A stretch of DNA of 64,000 nucleotides from an uncultured Chitinophagaceae bacterium (lineage in GTDB: Bacteria > Bacteroidota > Bacteroidia > Chitinophagales > CAIOSU01), in contig CAZFFP010000006.1 of assembly GCA_964518215.1 (NCBI GenBank), positions 13,704 to 77,703 of the forward strand, read 5' to 3'. The notes under the pieces are model-generated. The model was given only the letters and a program-made list of their open reading frames with translations, was not told the DNA's origin and made no database searches. A program made the translations under genes and the position numbers. Positions 28,677 through 38,572 of this stretch are shown here, piece by piece. Position 1 is the first letter of the stretch. Each line of letters begins with the position of its first letter.

Positions 28677-30899
28677 TCAATCCAAACTTTTCAGCACCGA
28701 GCCGGAACTGATTTTTGAATTTAATACAGGCGTGCCCTTGTAATGCAGTTTGCTGCCACCCGAAAGCGATACGTTCATTTTTGAGATAACATTCACATTG
28801 CCTTTGCTTGCTCCCGACAACCGAATATCGGCTTGTTGAACTTCCATTTTTTCGGCTTCAATTTTTGAAGCGCCACTACCTTCTATTTTCATTTCGTTGG
28901 CGCTGCCGTTGAGTTGCAATTTGGATGCACCGCTCATTTCCACCTCTAATTTTTTTACCTGAATATCAAGAATGCTTTCGCTGGCGCCACTCATTTCTAC
29001 TGCTAAATGATTGGTTTTAAATCCGTTGATTTTTGTTTGGCATACGCCCGATGTTTCTACGCGATTCAGCACCGGAGTGTGAATCGTAATTTTTGCGGGA
29101 TTGCCCGAACTTAAAAATGTTTTAAGATTTTTTTCGGAAGAAAGAATCAACTGATTGCCGCTTTTTTCGGCATTGAAACTTTTGAAAAATTTGTTATTGC
29201 CTTTTGCCTGAAAACTATATTCTTCCGATTGAATAATTTCAAGAATGATGTTTCCTTTCACCACTATTTCGTCAAAACCAGTGATGTCGAAATTTCGAAC
29301 AGAGGCTTCATCTTCGGTAGCACTGAAATTGCCGCCCAAAAAATCGCAATCCAAACAAGCAAGTCCTTCGGCAGTCATTTGCCAATGGTGTCCGGGCATG
29401 TCGCCATCCCAAGTATTGGTTACATTTTTCACATCGTAAATTAAATTTTCCATGCCTTTAGAGAGATAAATGGTTTTCCCTTCGGGAACGAATAATGTCA
29501 TTCCGATAGATTGCACCCGCCAGTGGTCGGTTGCTTTGAAGTTGAAATAATCGGGTAAGCTCAACGCATTGGAATTTTCAAAATTGATGTTGTTGTATTC
29601 GATTGCCGAAGCCCTTTTGGAGGCATCGTTGCGCGTGCGCCCTTTTGCAGATTTGCGCACTTCCAAAACAAATTCATCACCGTCATATTTTTCAATATCA
29701 AGTTCAATATTATCGGAAGAAAAATATTCATCGCCCATTTTTGAAAACACGGCATAGCGGTCGCCACCCATGTAAAATCCTTTGGTTTTTGCCCTTTCGT
29801 ATTTCACAGCCTGAAGCACCAAAGTATCGCTCTCTGCAGTTAGGGGAATAGTATTAGTTACTATTCCGATTTCGCTGAAAGTTTTTGCCGTCATAGTAGC
29901 TGCGTAGAACATTAATATCCAACCTAATGCCCACAAAACAGCGAGTGTTGTTCCCAAAAACGGAATGCTTCTTTTAGAATCGAGTAATATTTTGAAACCT
30001 CTGTAAACAAAAGAAATGGCGGGCACTCCTACAAAAAGAAGAATGCCAATTGTGCCGAGGTAGATGTGTGTGTTGCTTTCAAAAAGCAAATCGAACATGG
30101 CAGGAAACGAAAAGTTGGCAATACTCATGGGCAATGCAAAACCAAACACCAACATGAGCATGAATGCGATGCCGATGAGAATAAGCAGCAGCGCAAATAT
30201 TTTTCCGATAAACCGAAACACCAGCGTGAAAAACAGTGCTATAAAAGCAATGAGTTTATGAAAAAAATTACGCACCGGTTGAGCGTCTTTTTTGTCAAGA
30301 TTTTTAATGCGTTTTTCAAAATCTTTCAAATCTTCCTTGATGGTTTTTTCAATGCCTTCAATGTTCACCGGTTCGCCTTTCATTTGCAATCGTTCTGAAG
30401 GTGTTTTCGCTTTGGGAATGATGAGCCATAATATGACATATAATAAAAACGCAGTGCCGAAACTGAAGAACAGAAAAATCACAAATGCTATGCGAAGCCA
30501 AATGGGGTCGTTCAGTCCGAAATAGGCGCTGATGCCCGAAAGCACACCTGATAACACGCGGTCGTTGGGATCGCGGAACAGGCGTTTTTTTAGAGTAGAT
30601 TTTTTATCCGGCTCAGTTTTTTCCTCGCCCAATGTTTCGCCTTCAATCTGCTCGGTGTTGCCCATAATAGCAATAACCGATTCCACATCTTGGAACGTAA
30701 CACTTTGCTTGCGGTCGGAAATTTTTTCGATGAAAATTTCGGCTATGCGGCTTTCAATGTCGGCAACAATTTCATCGCCACCTTCTTCGGCTTCATAATG
30801 CGAACGTATGGTGTCTAAGTAATTTTTAAGTTTTTCGTAAGCGTTTTCATCAATCTGGAATACTTGTCCGGAAAGGTTGATGGAGATGGTTTTTATCAT
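28677..30899 (-). CDS. PspC-domain membrane protein fused to a DUF2807/GIN-like beta-helical head domain
   Basis: PspC motif RDPNDRVLSGVLSGISAYFGLNDPIWLRIAFVI, several TM helices, and a C-terminal ladder of SGAS/SGGS repeats (EMSGASESI, EMSGASKLQ, EGSGASKIE, RLSGASKGN, SLSGGSKLH). ATG at 30899 (MIKTISINLSG) is preferred over the GTG at 30932. Confidence 0.85.
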   Translation of the reverse strand: MIKTISINLSGQVFQIDENAYEKLKNYLDTIRSHYEAEEGGDEIVADIESRIAEIFIEKISDRKQSVTFQDVESVIAIMGNTEQIEGETLGEEKTEPDKKSTLKKRLFRDPNDRVLSGVLSGISAYFGLNDPIWLRIAFVIFLFFSFGTAFLLYVILWLIIPKAKTPSERLQMKGEPVNIEGIEKTIKEDLKDFEKRIKNLDKKDAQPVRNFFHKLIAFIALFFTLVFRFIGKIFALLLILIGIAFMLMLVFGFALPMSIANFSFPAMFDLLFESNTHIYLGTIGILLFVGVPAISFVYRGFKILLDSKRSIPFLGTTLAVLWALGWILMFYAATMTAKTFSEIGIVTNTIPLTAESDTLVLQAVKYERAKTKGFYMGGDRYAVFSKMGDEYFSSDNIELDIEKYDGDEFVLEVRKSAKGRTRNDASKRASAIEYNNINFENSNALSLPDYFNFKATDHWRVQSIGMTLFVPEGKTIYLSKGMENLIYDVKNVTNTWDGDMPGHHWQMTAEGLACLDCDFLGGNFSATEDEASVRNFDITGFDEIVVKGNIILEIIQSEEYSFQAKGNNKFFKSFNAEKSGNQLILSSEKNLKTFLSSGNPAKITIHTPVLNRVETSGVCQTKINGFKTNHLAVEMSGASESILDIQVKKLEVEMSGASKLQLNGSANEMKIEGSGASKIEAEKMEVQQADIRLSGASKGNVNVISKMNVSLSGGSKLHYKGTPVLNSKISSGSVLKSLD

Positions 30900-30971
30900 G
30901 ATTTTGTTTTTAGATATTCGATTAAACGACACGCTTTGCTTTCGATTTTCGACTGCGTTTTTTGTCGCATA

Positions 30972-31301
30972 TCATTTTTTTTGAGTTGTTTTTTTCACGG
31001 CATACTCGAGTTCGGTCCAGGTGCTTTTAAGTTCTTCCAGAAATTTTTCACCGGCAGGTGTCAGTTGATAATACTTGCGCGGTGGACCGGAAGTTGATTC
31101 TTTCCATTCGTAGCTCAGCAAGCCGCTGTTTTTCAGGCGTGTCAACAAGGGGTAGAGTGTTCCTTCCACTACAATGAGTTTGGCACCTTTCAGTTGTGCC
31201 AATATATCTGAGGCATAAGCTTCGCCCTGCGATATAATGGCAAGTATGCAAAACTCCAATATTCCTTTGCGCATCTGCACCTGTGTGTTTTCGAGATTCA
31301 T
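30972..31301 (-). CDS. PadR-family transcriptional regulator
   Basis: 109 aa. Winged-helix pattern LEFCILAIIS...GTLYPLLTRLKNSGLL...RKYYQLTPAG. Confidence 0.92.
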   Translation of the reverse strand: MNLENTQVQMRKGILEFCILAIISQGEAYASDILAQLKGAKLIVVEGTLYPLLTRLKNSGLLSYEWKESTSGPPRKYYQLTPAGEKFLEELKSTWTELEYAVKKTTQKK

Positions 31302-31401
31302 TCGTATTTGTTTTTTTGAGCTTTCAGCTTTTAGCTGTCAGTCTTGAGAATTTGTCTGCAATGGCACTGAATAAGTTGATTTGTCTCAATTTAATCAGTC
31401 A

Positions 31402-31737
31402 TTAAAACAATTTAAGGCTGAGGGTCATTTTGAAAATTTGTCCGGCTGCTTCGTTGATAAAAAGAATGGTTCTGCCTTGTAATTGATGCTGCACATATTT
31501 GACAAGTGCAGGTTCCTCGCTCCATACTCCTATGAGTTGAATTTCGCCCGAAGTGTTTATGAAAAATTTCAACTCCACATCGGCAGCCTTTTGAACAATT
31601 GATTTAGGAAAATTTTCTTTCACCACTTTCTCAATTTCGGCTCTGATGATTTGTTTTTCCATCTCGAAAGAAGGGTTGCCTGCATACACGCCAACACTCA
31701 TCAGTATGGCGAGCATTAATGTAATCATGTGATTCAT
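31402..31737 (-). CDS. Small secreted hypothetical protein
   Basis: About 111 aa from the ATG at 31737. Signal peptide MNHMITLMLAILMSVGVYA. No family recognised. Confidence 0.5.
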   Translation of the reverse strand: MNHMITLMLAILMSVGVYAGNPSFEMEKQIIRAEIEKVVKENFPKSIVQKAADVELKFFINTSGEIQLIGVWSEEPALVKYVQHQLQGRTILFINEAAGQIFKMTLSLKLF

Positions 31738-32147
31738 GTTTTTTATTTTTTTGGTTGAATTAATCATTCGGTTTCACAACTTCATTCTTTGTTTCTATAA
31801 AAAGAAAGTTTACAGCAATGAATTTTAAAACCAAACTTTCAATGAGCAAATGGCTATTGACATGGCAAAGATATATACAAACCACACTACTATGCATTAC
31901 ATAGTTCTAAATTATTGTTAAAAACTCCATAAAAAATTGATATTCAGCTGAATAAAATTTTATAAAAGTGTCTAGACTATGGTCTGAGTGATTTTCTGAA
32001 GGGCTATGATTGCCCGAATAGAAAGATTTTTGTATCAAAATTCATGACTCCTTCATTATTCATATTATATCGTTGAAAACTCCTTTCAACCTTATCCTTT
32101 TTAAGATGTTTTGTTTTTTATTTTTGAAACCAACCAAAACCAACATC

Positions 32148-33161
32148 ATGAAACTATTGAAAAAACTATGTGTCATCGCTGTTTGTATTTCAACCACATT
32201 AACTCTTTCTGCACAAGACAAGCCAGAAGAAATTAAAATCGGAAACCTGAATGATGCCCAAATGAAAAAATTTGGTTTTCGCGAACCATCCGACACAGTA
32301 AAGCCCTGGACAATAACGGGGAATATTAATGCCGGTTTTTCTCAGGTAGCATTGTTCAACTGGGCACCCGGTGGAGATAATGTTATTGGTATAAATGCCT
32401 TAGGTTTTCTGCGAGCAACTTACGATAAGAAAAAACTTAACTGGACATCTATTGTAGATGCCGGTTTCGGTATGCAAAAAATAGCCGATAACGATTTTCG
32501 TAAAAATGACGACCGCCTCGAACTCAATTCTCAACTGAGCTATAAAGCAACAAAGCACTGGTATTATTCTGTGATGATGAATTTCAGAAGTCAGTTTGGA
32601 CCGGGCTATGAATATCCTACCGATTCTACCCGTGTGAAATTATCAAAATGGTTGAGTCCGAGTTTTCTTACAATTGGTATAGGCATGGATTACAAACCTA
32701 TGGAATGGTTCAATTTATTTCTTTCGCCCATTACCAGTAAAACAGTTTTTGTTTTAGACAATACTACTCTTGATGCCACACGCTACGGTATAGCCGAAGG
32801 TGAAATGGTATTTCAAAACATGGGGGCTTTCTTAAGTGCTCGCCTGAATAAAGAAGTGGTGAAAAATGTAACTGTAAACACGCAGTTGAATTTATTTTCC
32901 AACTATCTGCAAGACCCCCAGAACATTGATATTAACTGGCTCACTAGCATTAATTTGAAAGTGAACAAATTTCTTTCGGTGGCAATACTTACAGAGCTTG
33001 TGTATGACCACGATATTGATGTGCCGAAAACAAGAAAAGACGGGACTACTTATTTAGGCAAAGGCACACAGTTCAGAGAAGTGTTGAGCATTGGATTGGG
33101 CTATCAGTTTAATAATGAGAAAAGAGCCAAGAAAGATGTTCCTCCTACAGAAGCGCCATAA
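32148..33161 (+). CDS. Putative outer-membrane beta-barrel protein (resembles DUF3078 family)
   Basis: Signal peptide MKLLKKLCVIAVCISTTLTLSAQ, then an alternating beta-strand pattern with FNWAPGGDN, typical of DUF3078. The family call is from memory. Upstream TTG/ATG starts at 32073 and 32106 are less likely. Confidence 0.6.
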   Translation: MKLLKKLCVIAVCISTTLTLSAQDKPEEIKIGNLNDAQMKKFGFREPSDTVKPWTITGNINAGFSQVALFNWAPGGDNVIGINALGFLRATYDKKKLNWTSIVDAGFGMQKIADNDFRKNDDRLELNSQLSYKATKHWYYSVMMNFRSQFGPGYEYPTDSTRVKLSKWLSPSFLTIGIGMDYKPMEWFNLFLSPITSKTVFVLDNTTLDATRYGIAEGEMVFQNMGAFLSARLNKEVVKNVTVNTQLNLFSNYLQDPQNIDINWLTSINLKVNKFLSVAILTELVYDHDIDVPKTRKDGTTYLGKGTQFREVLSIGLGYQFNNEKRAKKDVPPTEAP

Positions 33162-33241
33162 ACCAAAATTCTTTTTTTAATTAAAGAATCTCTAATTTTC
33201 GCTTATCATATTTTTTTAAAAAAACTAAAACTAAAAACATT

Positions 33242-33643
33242 ATGGGAATGCTCAAAGAATTTAAAGAATTTGCAATGCGCGGCAATGTCGTGGATATGGC
33301 AGTCGGTATCATTATAGGTAGCGCTTTTGGAAAAATTGTTACATCATTTGTGAACGATGTTATTATGCCTCCGTTGGGACTAATAATTGGCGGTGTAGAT
33401 TTTAAAGATTTGGAATACACGCTTAAAGATGCCGAAGGCGAAATAGCTGCCGTTACATTAAAGTATGGCATGTTTATTCAAAACATATTCGATTTCATCA
33501 TTATTGCTTTTGCCATTTTTTTGGCTATTCAGGGCATGAATAAACTTAAAAAGAAAGAAGAAGCCGCTCCGCCACCCCCGCCTCCCGGGCCTACCAACGA
33601 AGAAAAATTACTTTCAGAAATCAGAGATTTGCTGAAGAAGTAG
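33242..33643 (+). CDS. mscL: Large-conductance mechanosensitive channel
   Basis: 133 aa. [31 protein letters not shown]...VIMPPLG. Confidence 0.95.
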   Translation: MGMLKEFKEFAMRGNVVDMAVGIIIGSAFGKIVTSFVNDVIMPPLGLIIGGVDFKDLEYTLKDAEGEIAAVTLKYGMFIQNIFDFIIIAFAIFLAIQGMNKLKKKEEAAPPPPPPGPTNEEKLLSEIRDLLKK

Positions 33644-33782
33644 TGTAGTTGAGGGGATGTGGTTATAAAATTATAAGGTTATAAAGACGAAAGGATGAGG
33701 TTGAATTTTCAACTTTGAATTTTGAATTTTCAGTTTTGCTATGGTGTTTGAAAATTTTATTTCACATCAAAATTTTACTGCT

Positions 33783-34535
33783 ATGAAATCAAGTAAATTA
33801 TTTTTTGCAATCGCCATGATAATGACCATTGCAATCGCGGGATGTAAAAAAGACGAAAAAACCGCAAGAGTAAATTTCAGACTCACCGATGCCCCTGCCA
33901 ATTATGATGCGGTGTATGTAGATGTGCAAGGCATTGAAGTGCAGACTGCTGCAGGAGGATGGGTTACGCTCAATTCAAATTTGGGTGTGATTGACCTGCT
34001 CGAACTTTCCAACGGAAAAGACACGTTGATTACAGGTGGAGATTTTCCTGCCGGTCGTGTAAATCAGGTGCGCCTGATGCTGGGCGCCAACAATTCCATT
34101 GTGGTGAACGGAGTTACGCACAACTTAGAAACACCGAGCGCACAAAAATCGGGTTTAAAACTCAACCTCATGAAAGAGCTTGAAGCCGCAGTTACCTATG
34201 AATGGACCATTGACTTTGATGCCCACATGTCGGTAGTTGCTACCGGAAGCGGAAACTACATTTTGAAACCCGTTCTGAGAATGGTTACTGATGGCATTGA
34301 CGGAGTTATTTCCGGCACATTGTTACCTCCAATTGCCGCATCTGTATGTGCAGTAACTGCTACAGACACCTTCTGCACCAACAGCAATATTGCCGGACAG
34401 TTTGCCATACAAGGCGTGCCTCCGGGAAATTATGATTTGCTCATTACACCCCCATTGCCCTTAAGCGTTACGGTAGTAAATAACGTAAGCGTAACTGCCG
34501 GACAAAACACGAATGTTGGCGTAGTGAATTTGTAA
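33783..34535 (+). CDS. DUF4382-like lipoprotein
   Basis: Lipobox IAIAGC, then RVNFRLTDAPANYDAVYVDVQGIEVQ, typical of DUF4382, and a carboxypeptidase-regulatory-like C-terminal beta-sandwich. Confidence 0.65.
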   Translation: MKSSKLFFAIAMIMTIAIAGCKKDEKTARVNFRLTDAPANYDAVYVDVQGIEVQTAAGGWVTLNSNLGVIDLLELSNGKDTLITGGDFPAGRVNQVRLMLGANNSIVVNGVTHNLETPSAQKSGLKLNLMKELEAAVTYEWTIDFDAHMSVVATGSGNYILKPVLRMVTDGIDGVISGTLLPPIAASVCAVTATDTFCTNSNIAGQFAIQGVPPGNYDLLITPPLPLSVTVVNNVSVTAGQNTNVGVVNL

Positions 34536-34560
34536 ACTAATGCTGAAAAGTTCCTAACCG

Positions 34561-34599
34561 AATCTTCCCGTAATTCATTTTGCGGGAAGATTTTTTTTT
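34561..34599 (+). terminator. Rho-independent terminator
   Basis: aatcttcccg (34561-34570) / cgggaagatt (34583-34592), a 10-bp perfect stem followed by T9. Confidence 0.85.
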
Positions 34600-34748
34600 G
34601 TCATTGCTTCCTGTTTTTGTAAATACTTGATGGTATGAATATTCTTTGAAATTGAAATTTGCAAGGACATTTTATTGAATGAAATGAACGAGATTAAATC
34701 TGTTTGGTTATTTTTATGTCCTCCTAAAAACCAATAGGATATACAACC

Positions 34749-37700
34749 ATGAAAAAACTGCAACTGCTTGCCCTCACTTTTTTTCTTTTCTTTTTTTCGA
34801 AAACTTTTTCTCAAATCATCATCAATCAGGCAGACATGCCTGCTGTGGGGAATGTTATTCAATCTGCTACCGATACACTCACGCCCGGGTTGACAGTAGG
34901 CAATGCCGGAGCTAATCAAGTATGGGATTTCAGCAGTCTGACACCCGACAGAATTAATACCGACAATATTGTTAATCCGAATACCACTCCTGCTGCGGGA
35001 AGTTTTCCAACCGCGAATCGGGCAACTACTCGCAACTTTTTGGACTATAATTATTTCCGTGTTACCGCACAACGTTATGAACAACAAGGCGCTGTTGGTG
35101 ATTTGTTGGGTTTGGGTTTTTCGTCAACTGTTGTATATAATCCCGTAAACGAACTATATCGTTTTCCTACGCAGTTTGGAGGCAACTTCAACTCCAATTA
35201 CGGGTTTCAGGTTTTAACTCCTTTTTCAGATTTACCCCCAGATATACAGCAGGAAATTAACAGTCAGTTGCCTACAGGTGTTACTATTTCGAGGTTAAGA
35301 ACCACTTTCACTTCAAATTTTAACGACCAGATTGACGGATGGGGCACCACAATAACTCCTATTTGCAGCTATAAATCATTGCGACAAGTCAGAGTTGAGA
35401 ATATTACTTTTCTTGTTGAAGCTGAAGCATTTTTAGGATTAATTCCTTTAGGCTGGCAAGAGGTGATTAATGAAAGCACCACAAGCACCTCTTACAATTG
35501 GCTGGCTAAAGAAACCAAATTGCCTTTGGTTTCTGTAACTTTCAACGCTCAGGGAGATGTCAATACTGCAACTTACAGTTTAATACCCCCAGCGCTTGAT
35601 GCCGATTTTACAGCCAGTGCCACCAATGTTTGTGTTGGTGGTTCCTTAGACTTTTCAGATGCTACTTATGGTTGTCCCACATCATGGTCGTGGTCGTTTC
35701 CCGGAGGAACACCTTCAACTTCTACGGATGAAAATCCTACAGGAATAGTTTATAATGCTCCCGGAACATATGCTGTTTCGCTTACCGTTACACGCGGAAG
35801 CGAAAACAATACGGAAACCAAAAACATGTATATCACCGTAAATGCGTTACCGGTTGCCACAGCATTAAATGATACTATTTGCCTCAATGAACCAGGTTCG
35901 TTGGTTGCCGGTGGCGGAACATCGTTCTTATGGAGTTCGGGCGAAACAACCGCCACACTGAATGTAAGTCCTGCTACAACCACGAATTATACGGTAACCG
36001 TAACCGATGCGAATAACTGTAGCGATGTAGCTTCAGCTACTCTTGTTGTAAATCCGCTTCCGGTTGCAGATGCCGGTGTGAATGATACTATTTGTCCGGG
36101 AGAAACAGGATTACTCACTGCAACAGGAGGAATTTCTTACTTGTGGAATACCGGTAGCACTAGTGCCTCGTTGAGTGCTGCTCCTCCGGTAACTACCGAA
36201 TATATTGTTGCCGTAACCGATATTAATGGTTGCACAAATAGAGATACGGCTGCGATTGTTGTGAAACCGATTCCGGTTATGAGTGCCGGACCTAACGATA
36301 CCATTTGCCGCAATCAAACCGCCACACTAACGGGCAGCGGAACAGGCGATTATTTATGGAGCAATGGTGAAACCACTGCTCAAATCAATATAAGTCCTGC
36401 TGCAAATACTACTTACACATTAACGGTAACAGGAGCTAACGGATGTAGTGCGGCTGCATCTGCTTCAGTAGTTGTAAATCAACTTCCGGCAAAAACTTTA
36501 AACAGCATAACTATTTGCCCGGGCAGCACTACAGTTTTGGATGCAGGAAATCCGGGTGCCGGATATGTGTGGTCAACAGGAGCCACTACCCGAACTATCA
36601 GTGTTGATGCTACCGGGGATTACAGCGTTACCATTACCGATGCCAAAGGATGCGTGAATGCCGATACCGCCACAGTTACCGTAAGCACAAATTTGACTGT
36701 GATATTAAATGATTACGAATTTTGTGATGGAGACAGCGTAGTGCTCGATGCAGGTAATCCCGGTTCTGATTTTGAGTGGTCAACCGGAAGCACTGCACAG
36801 GCAATTACGGTTTTCACCACCGGTGTGTATGAAGTTACTGTAACAGATGCCATTGGATGCGAAGGACAAAATTCGAGCAACATTACTGTTTTTGATTTGC
36901 CCATAGTTGACGCAGGCGATAACGATACTATTTGTTTTGGCGAAACAGGATTTCTCGAAGGCTCGGGTTCAACGGGAGATTATTTGTGGACGGTTACAGG
37001 AGAAACTTTACTATCTACTTCCCATGCTCCTACATCAACTACAGTGTATTATCTATTTATAACCGATTTGAATAATTGTATGGCTTCAGATTCTGCATAC
37101 ATAGTGGTGAATCCATTGCCCATAGTTGATGCGGGCAGTAATGATACTATTTGTTTTGGCGAAACCGGTTCCTTGCTTGCCTCGGGCACCGGAGATTTTC
37201 TCTGGAATACAGGCGAAACAACTGCAGATATTTCTGATAACCCATCTGTTACTACGCCCTATACGGTGATGGTTACCGATGTGAACGGATGCACTGCTTC
37301 TGATATTACAAATATTGTTGTGAACCAACTTCCGATAGTGAGCGCAGGGGGCAATAAAGGTATCTGCGATGGAGATTCAGTTACGCTTACTGCAACCGGT
37401 GGTGTTGACTATTTGTGGAACACGGGCGATATTACTGCTTCCATTACTATTGCTCCCGATACTTTTTCGGTATATAGTGTTTTAGTAACCGACATTAACG
37501 GCTGTGTTAATGAAGACAGTGCAGGCATTACGGTATATCCCAATCCGGTGGTTGTCATTGTCGGGCTTGACAGTGCTTATTGCCCTAATGCAGACGATGT
37601 GATTTTAAGCGGAACACCAAGTGGTGGAGTTTTCTCCGGCAGTGGCGTGTTGAGCGGTTTGTTCAGTCCTTCACAAATGCCTGTAGGAATATTTGATGTA

Positions 37701-38492
37701 ATTTATACTTATACCGACAGCAACAATTGCACATCCATTGATTCGCAATTAATCGAAGTGTTTTCCGAAACGAATGTCATTCTCTCAGGAATTAATAACG
37801 CATATTGCGAAGAAGATACACTCATTGCGCTTTTGCTTACTCCCTCCGGTGGTGTGGCAAGCGGACCCGGTGTGAGTGGCAACACCTTTAATCCTGAATC
37901 GGCAGGTGCAGGCGGACCTTACACGCTCAGCTATACTTTTACCGATAGCAACGGCTGTGTTTATGTTGCAGAAAGAGATGTAACTGTAAATGCTGTGCCC
38001 GAAATTGATTTCAGCGGAATAGATGATGTTTATTGTTCCGATGGCTCACCTGTTTTACTTAATGGAATTCCTTCGGGAGGCACTTTTAGCGGAACCGCAA
38101 TCACCAATAATACTTTCGACCCGGAACTGGCAGGCACGGGCATTTATGTCTTTACTTATGCTGTAACTTCTGTGGCTGGTTGCAGCAATACCGATTCGAT
38201 AACTGTATTGGTAGAAGTTTGCGGTGGCATTCGTGGGTTTTCCGAACTTGAAAATGTTCGTGTTTATCCGAATCCGGTTTCTAATGAGTTGTTTGTTGAA
38301 TGCCTTTCGCTTAGCAACAATGCAGACGTAAGTATTGCACTTTTTGATATTTCAGGCAGGCAAATAGAAACCCTTTTAAATCAGCCCATAGCTAAATTTG
38401 ATGTCAGCAATATTCAGTCGGGTGTATATTTTGTCAGGGTGCTGACAGAAGGAAAAATTGCCGTTAAGAAAGTGGTGGTGCAGAAATTCTAG
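34749..38492 (+). CDS. Large secreted adhesin-like protein with PKD domain, 8+4 tandem Ig-like modules and T9SS type A C-terminal domain
   Basis: 1247 aa with a signal peptide. PKD block (DFSDATYGCPTSWSWSFPGGTPSTS...GTYAVSLTV). Tandem modules follow. CTD VRVYPNPVSNELFVEC...VVVQKF. Confidence 0.88.
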   Translation: MKKLQLLALTFFLFFFSKTFSQIIINQADMPAVGNVIQSATDTLTPGLTVGNAGANQVWDFSSLTPDRINTDNIVNPNTTPAAGSFPTANRATTRNFLDYNYFRVTAQRYEQQGAVGDLLGLGFSSTVVYNPVNELYRFPTQFGGNFNSNYGFQVLTPFSDLPPDIQQEINSQLPTGVTISRLRTTFTSNFNDQIDGWGTTITPICSYKSLRQVRVENITFLVEAEAFLGLIPLGWQEVINESTTSTSYNWLAKETKLPLVSVTFNAQGDVNTATYSLIPPALDADFTASATNVCVGGSLDFSDATYGCPTSWSWSFPGGTPSTSTDENPTGIVYNAPGTYAVSLTVTRGSENNTETKNMYITVNALPVATALNDTICLNEPGSLVAGGGTSFLWSSGETTATLNVSPATTTNYTVTVTDANNCSDVASATLVVNPLPVADAGVNDTICPGETGLLTATGGISYLWNTGSTSASLSAAPPVTTEYIVAVTDINGCTNRDTAAIVVKPIPVMSAGPNDTICRNQTATLTGSGTGDYLWSNGETTAQINISPAANTTYTLTVTGANGCSAAASASVVVNQLPAKTLNSITICPGSTTVLDAGNPGAGYVWSTGATTRTISVDATGDYSVTITDAKGCVNADTATVTVSTNLTVILNDYEFCDGDSVVLDAGNPGSDFEWSTGSTAQAITVFTTGVYEVTVTDAIGCEGQNSSNITVFDLPIVDAGDNDTICFGETGFLEGSGSTGDYLWTVTGETLLSTSHAPTSTTVYYLFITDLNNCMASDSAYIVVNPLPIVDAGSNDTICFGETGSLLASGTGDFLWNTGETTADISDNPSVTTPYTVMVTDVNGCTASDITNIVVNQLPIVSAGGNKGICDGDSVTLTATGGVDYLWNTGDITASITIAPDTFSVYSVLVTDINGCVNEDSAGITVYPNPVVVIVGLDSAYCPNADDVILSGTPSGGVFSGSGVLSGLFSPSQMPVGIFDVIYTYTDSNNCTSIDSQLIEVFSETNVILSGINNAYCEEDTLIALLLTPSGGVASGPGVSGNTFNPESAGAGGPYTLSYTFTDSNGCVYVAERDVTVNAVPEIDFSGIDDVYCSDGSPVLLNGIPSGGTFSGTAITNNTFDPELAGTGIYVFTYAVTSVAGCSNTDSITVLVEVCGGIRGFSELENVRVYPNPVSNELFVECLSLSNNADVSIALFDISGRQIETLLNQPIAKFDVSNIQSGVYFVRVLTEGKIAVKKVVVQKF
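35841..37560 (+). repeat. Eight tandem about 70-aa (about 213-nt) Ig-like coding modules inside the adhesin gene
   Basis: Each unit reads N-x-L-P-V/I-x-D-A-G-x-N-D-T-I-C-x-G-E-T ... Y-L-W-x-T-G-E-T-T-A ... Y-x-V-x-V-T-D-x-N-G-C ... V-V. This is protein-domain repetition, not a spacer array. Confidence 0.8.
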
Positions 38493-38532
38493 CAATAGTA
38501 TTTTTCAAATTCAATCTTTACGATAAACAAAA

Positions 38533-38572
38533 GAGGCTGACTCATAACATCGCTTGAGTTCAGCCTCCTTTT
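38533..38572 (+). terminator. Rho-independent terminator of the adhesin gene, overlapping the 3' end of the convergent esterase gene
   Basis: gaggctgactca (38533-38544) / tgagttcagcctc (38555-38567), 12 pairs with one bulge, followed by cttttat. Confidence 0.6.

Noticed and set aside
33671-33686. The shared 16-mer ttataaggttataaag (also reverse-complemented at 41927-41942), and the 14-mer aaccttatcctttt at 32089 and 55690, with related ataaggtt words at 41947 and 50072, as a possible dispersed intergenic element.
   Set aside because: In 64 kb read on both strands, tens of exact 14-mer repeats and about two 16-mer repeats are expected by chance, and more in AT-rich low-complexity DNA. No extended similarity surrounds the matches. 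It is worth a genome-wide k-mer test but is not supportable from this window.
34575-35087. 170-aa minus-strand ORF overlapping the terminator and the 5' end of the adhesin gene.
   Set aside because: It spans a strong terminator hairpin and the signal-peptide region of a supported gene. The sequence is Cys/Arg/Ile-rich with no recognisable domain.
35841-37560. Regular repeats of about 213 nt that could superficially suggest a repeat-spacer array.
   Set aside because: The repeats are in frame, translate to Ig-like protein modules and are divergent. There are no short identical direct repeats and no cas genes. This is not CRISPR.
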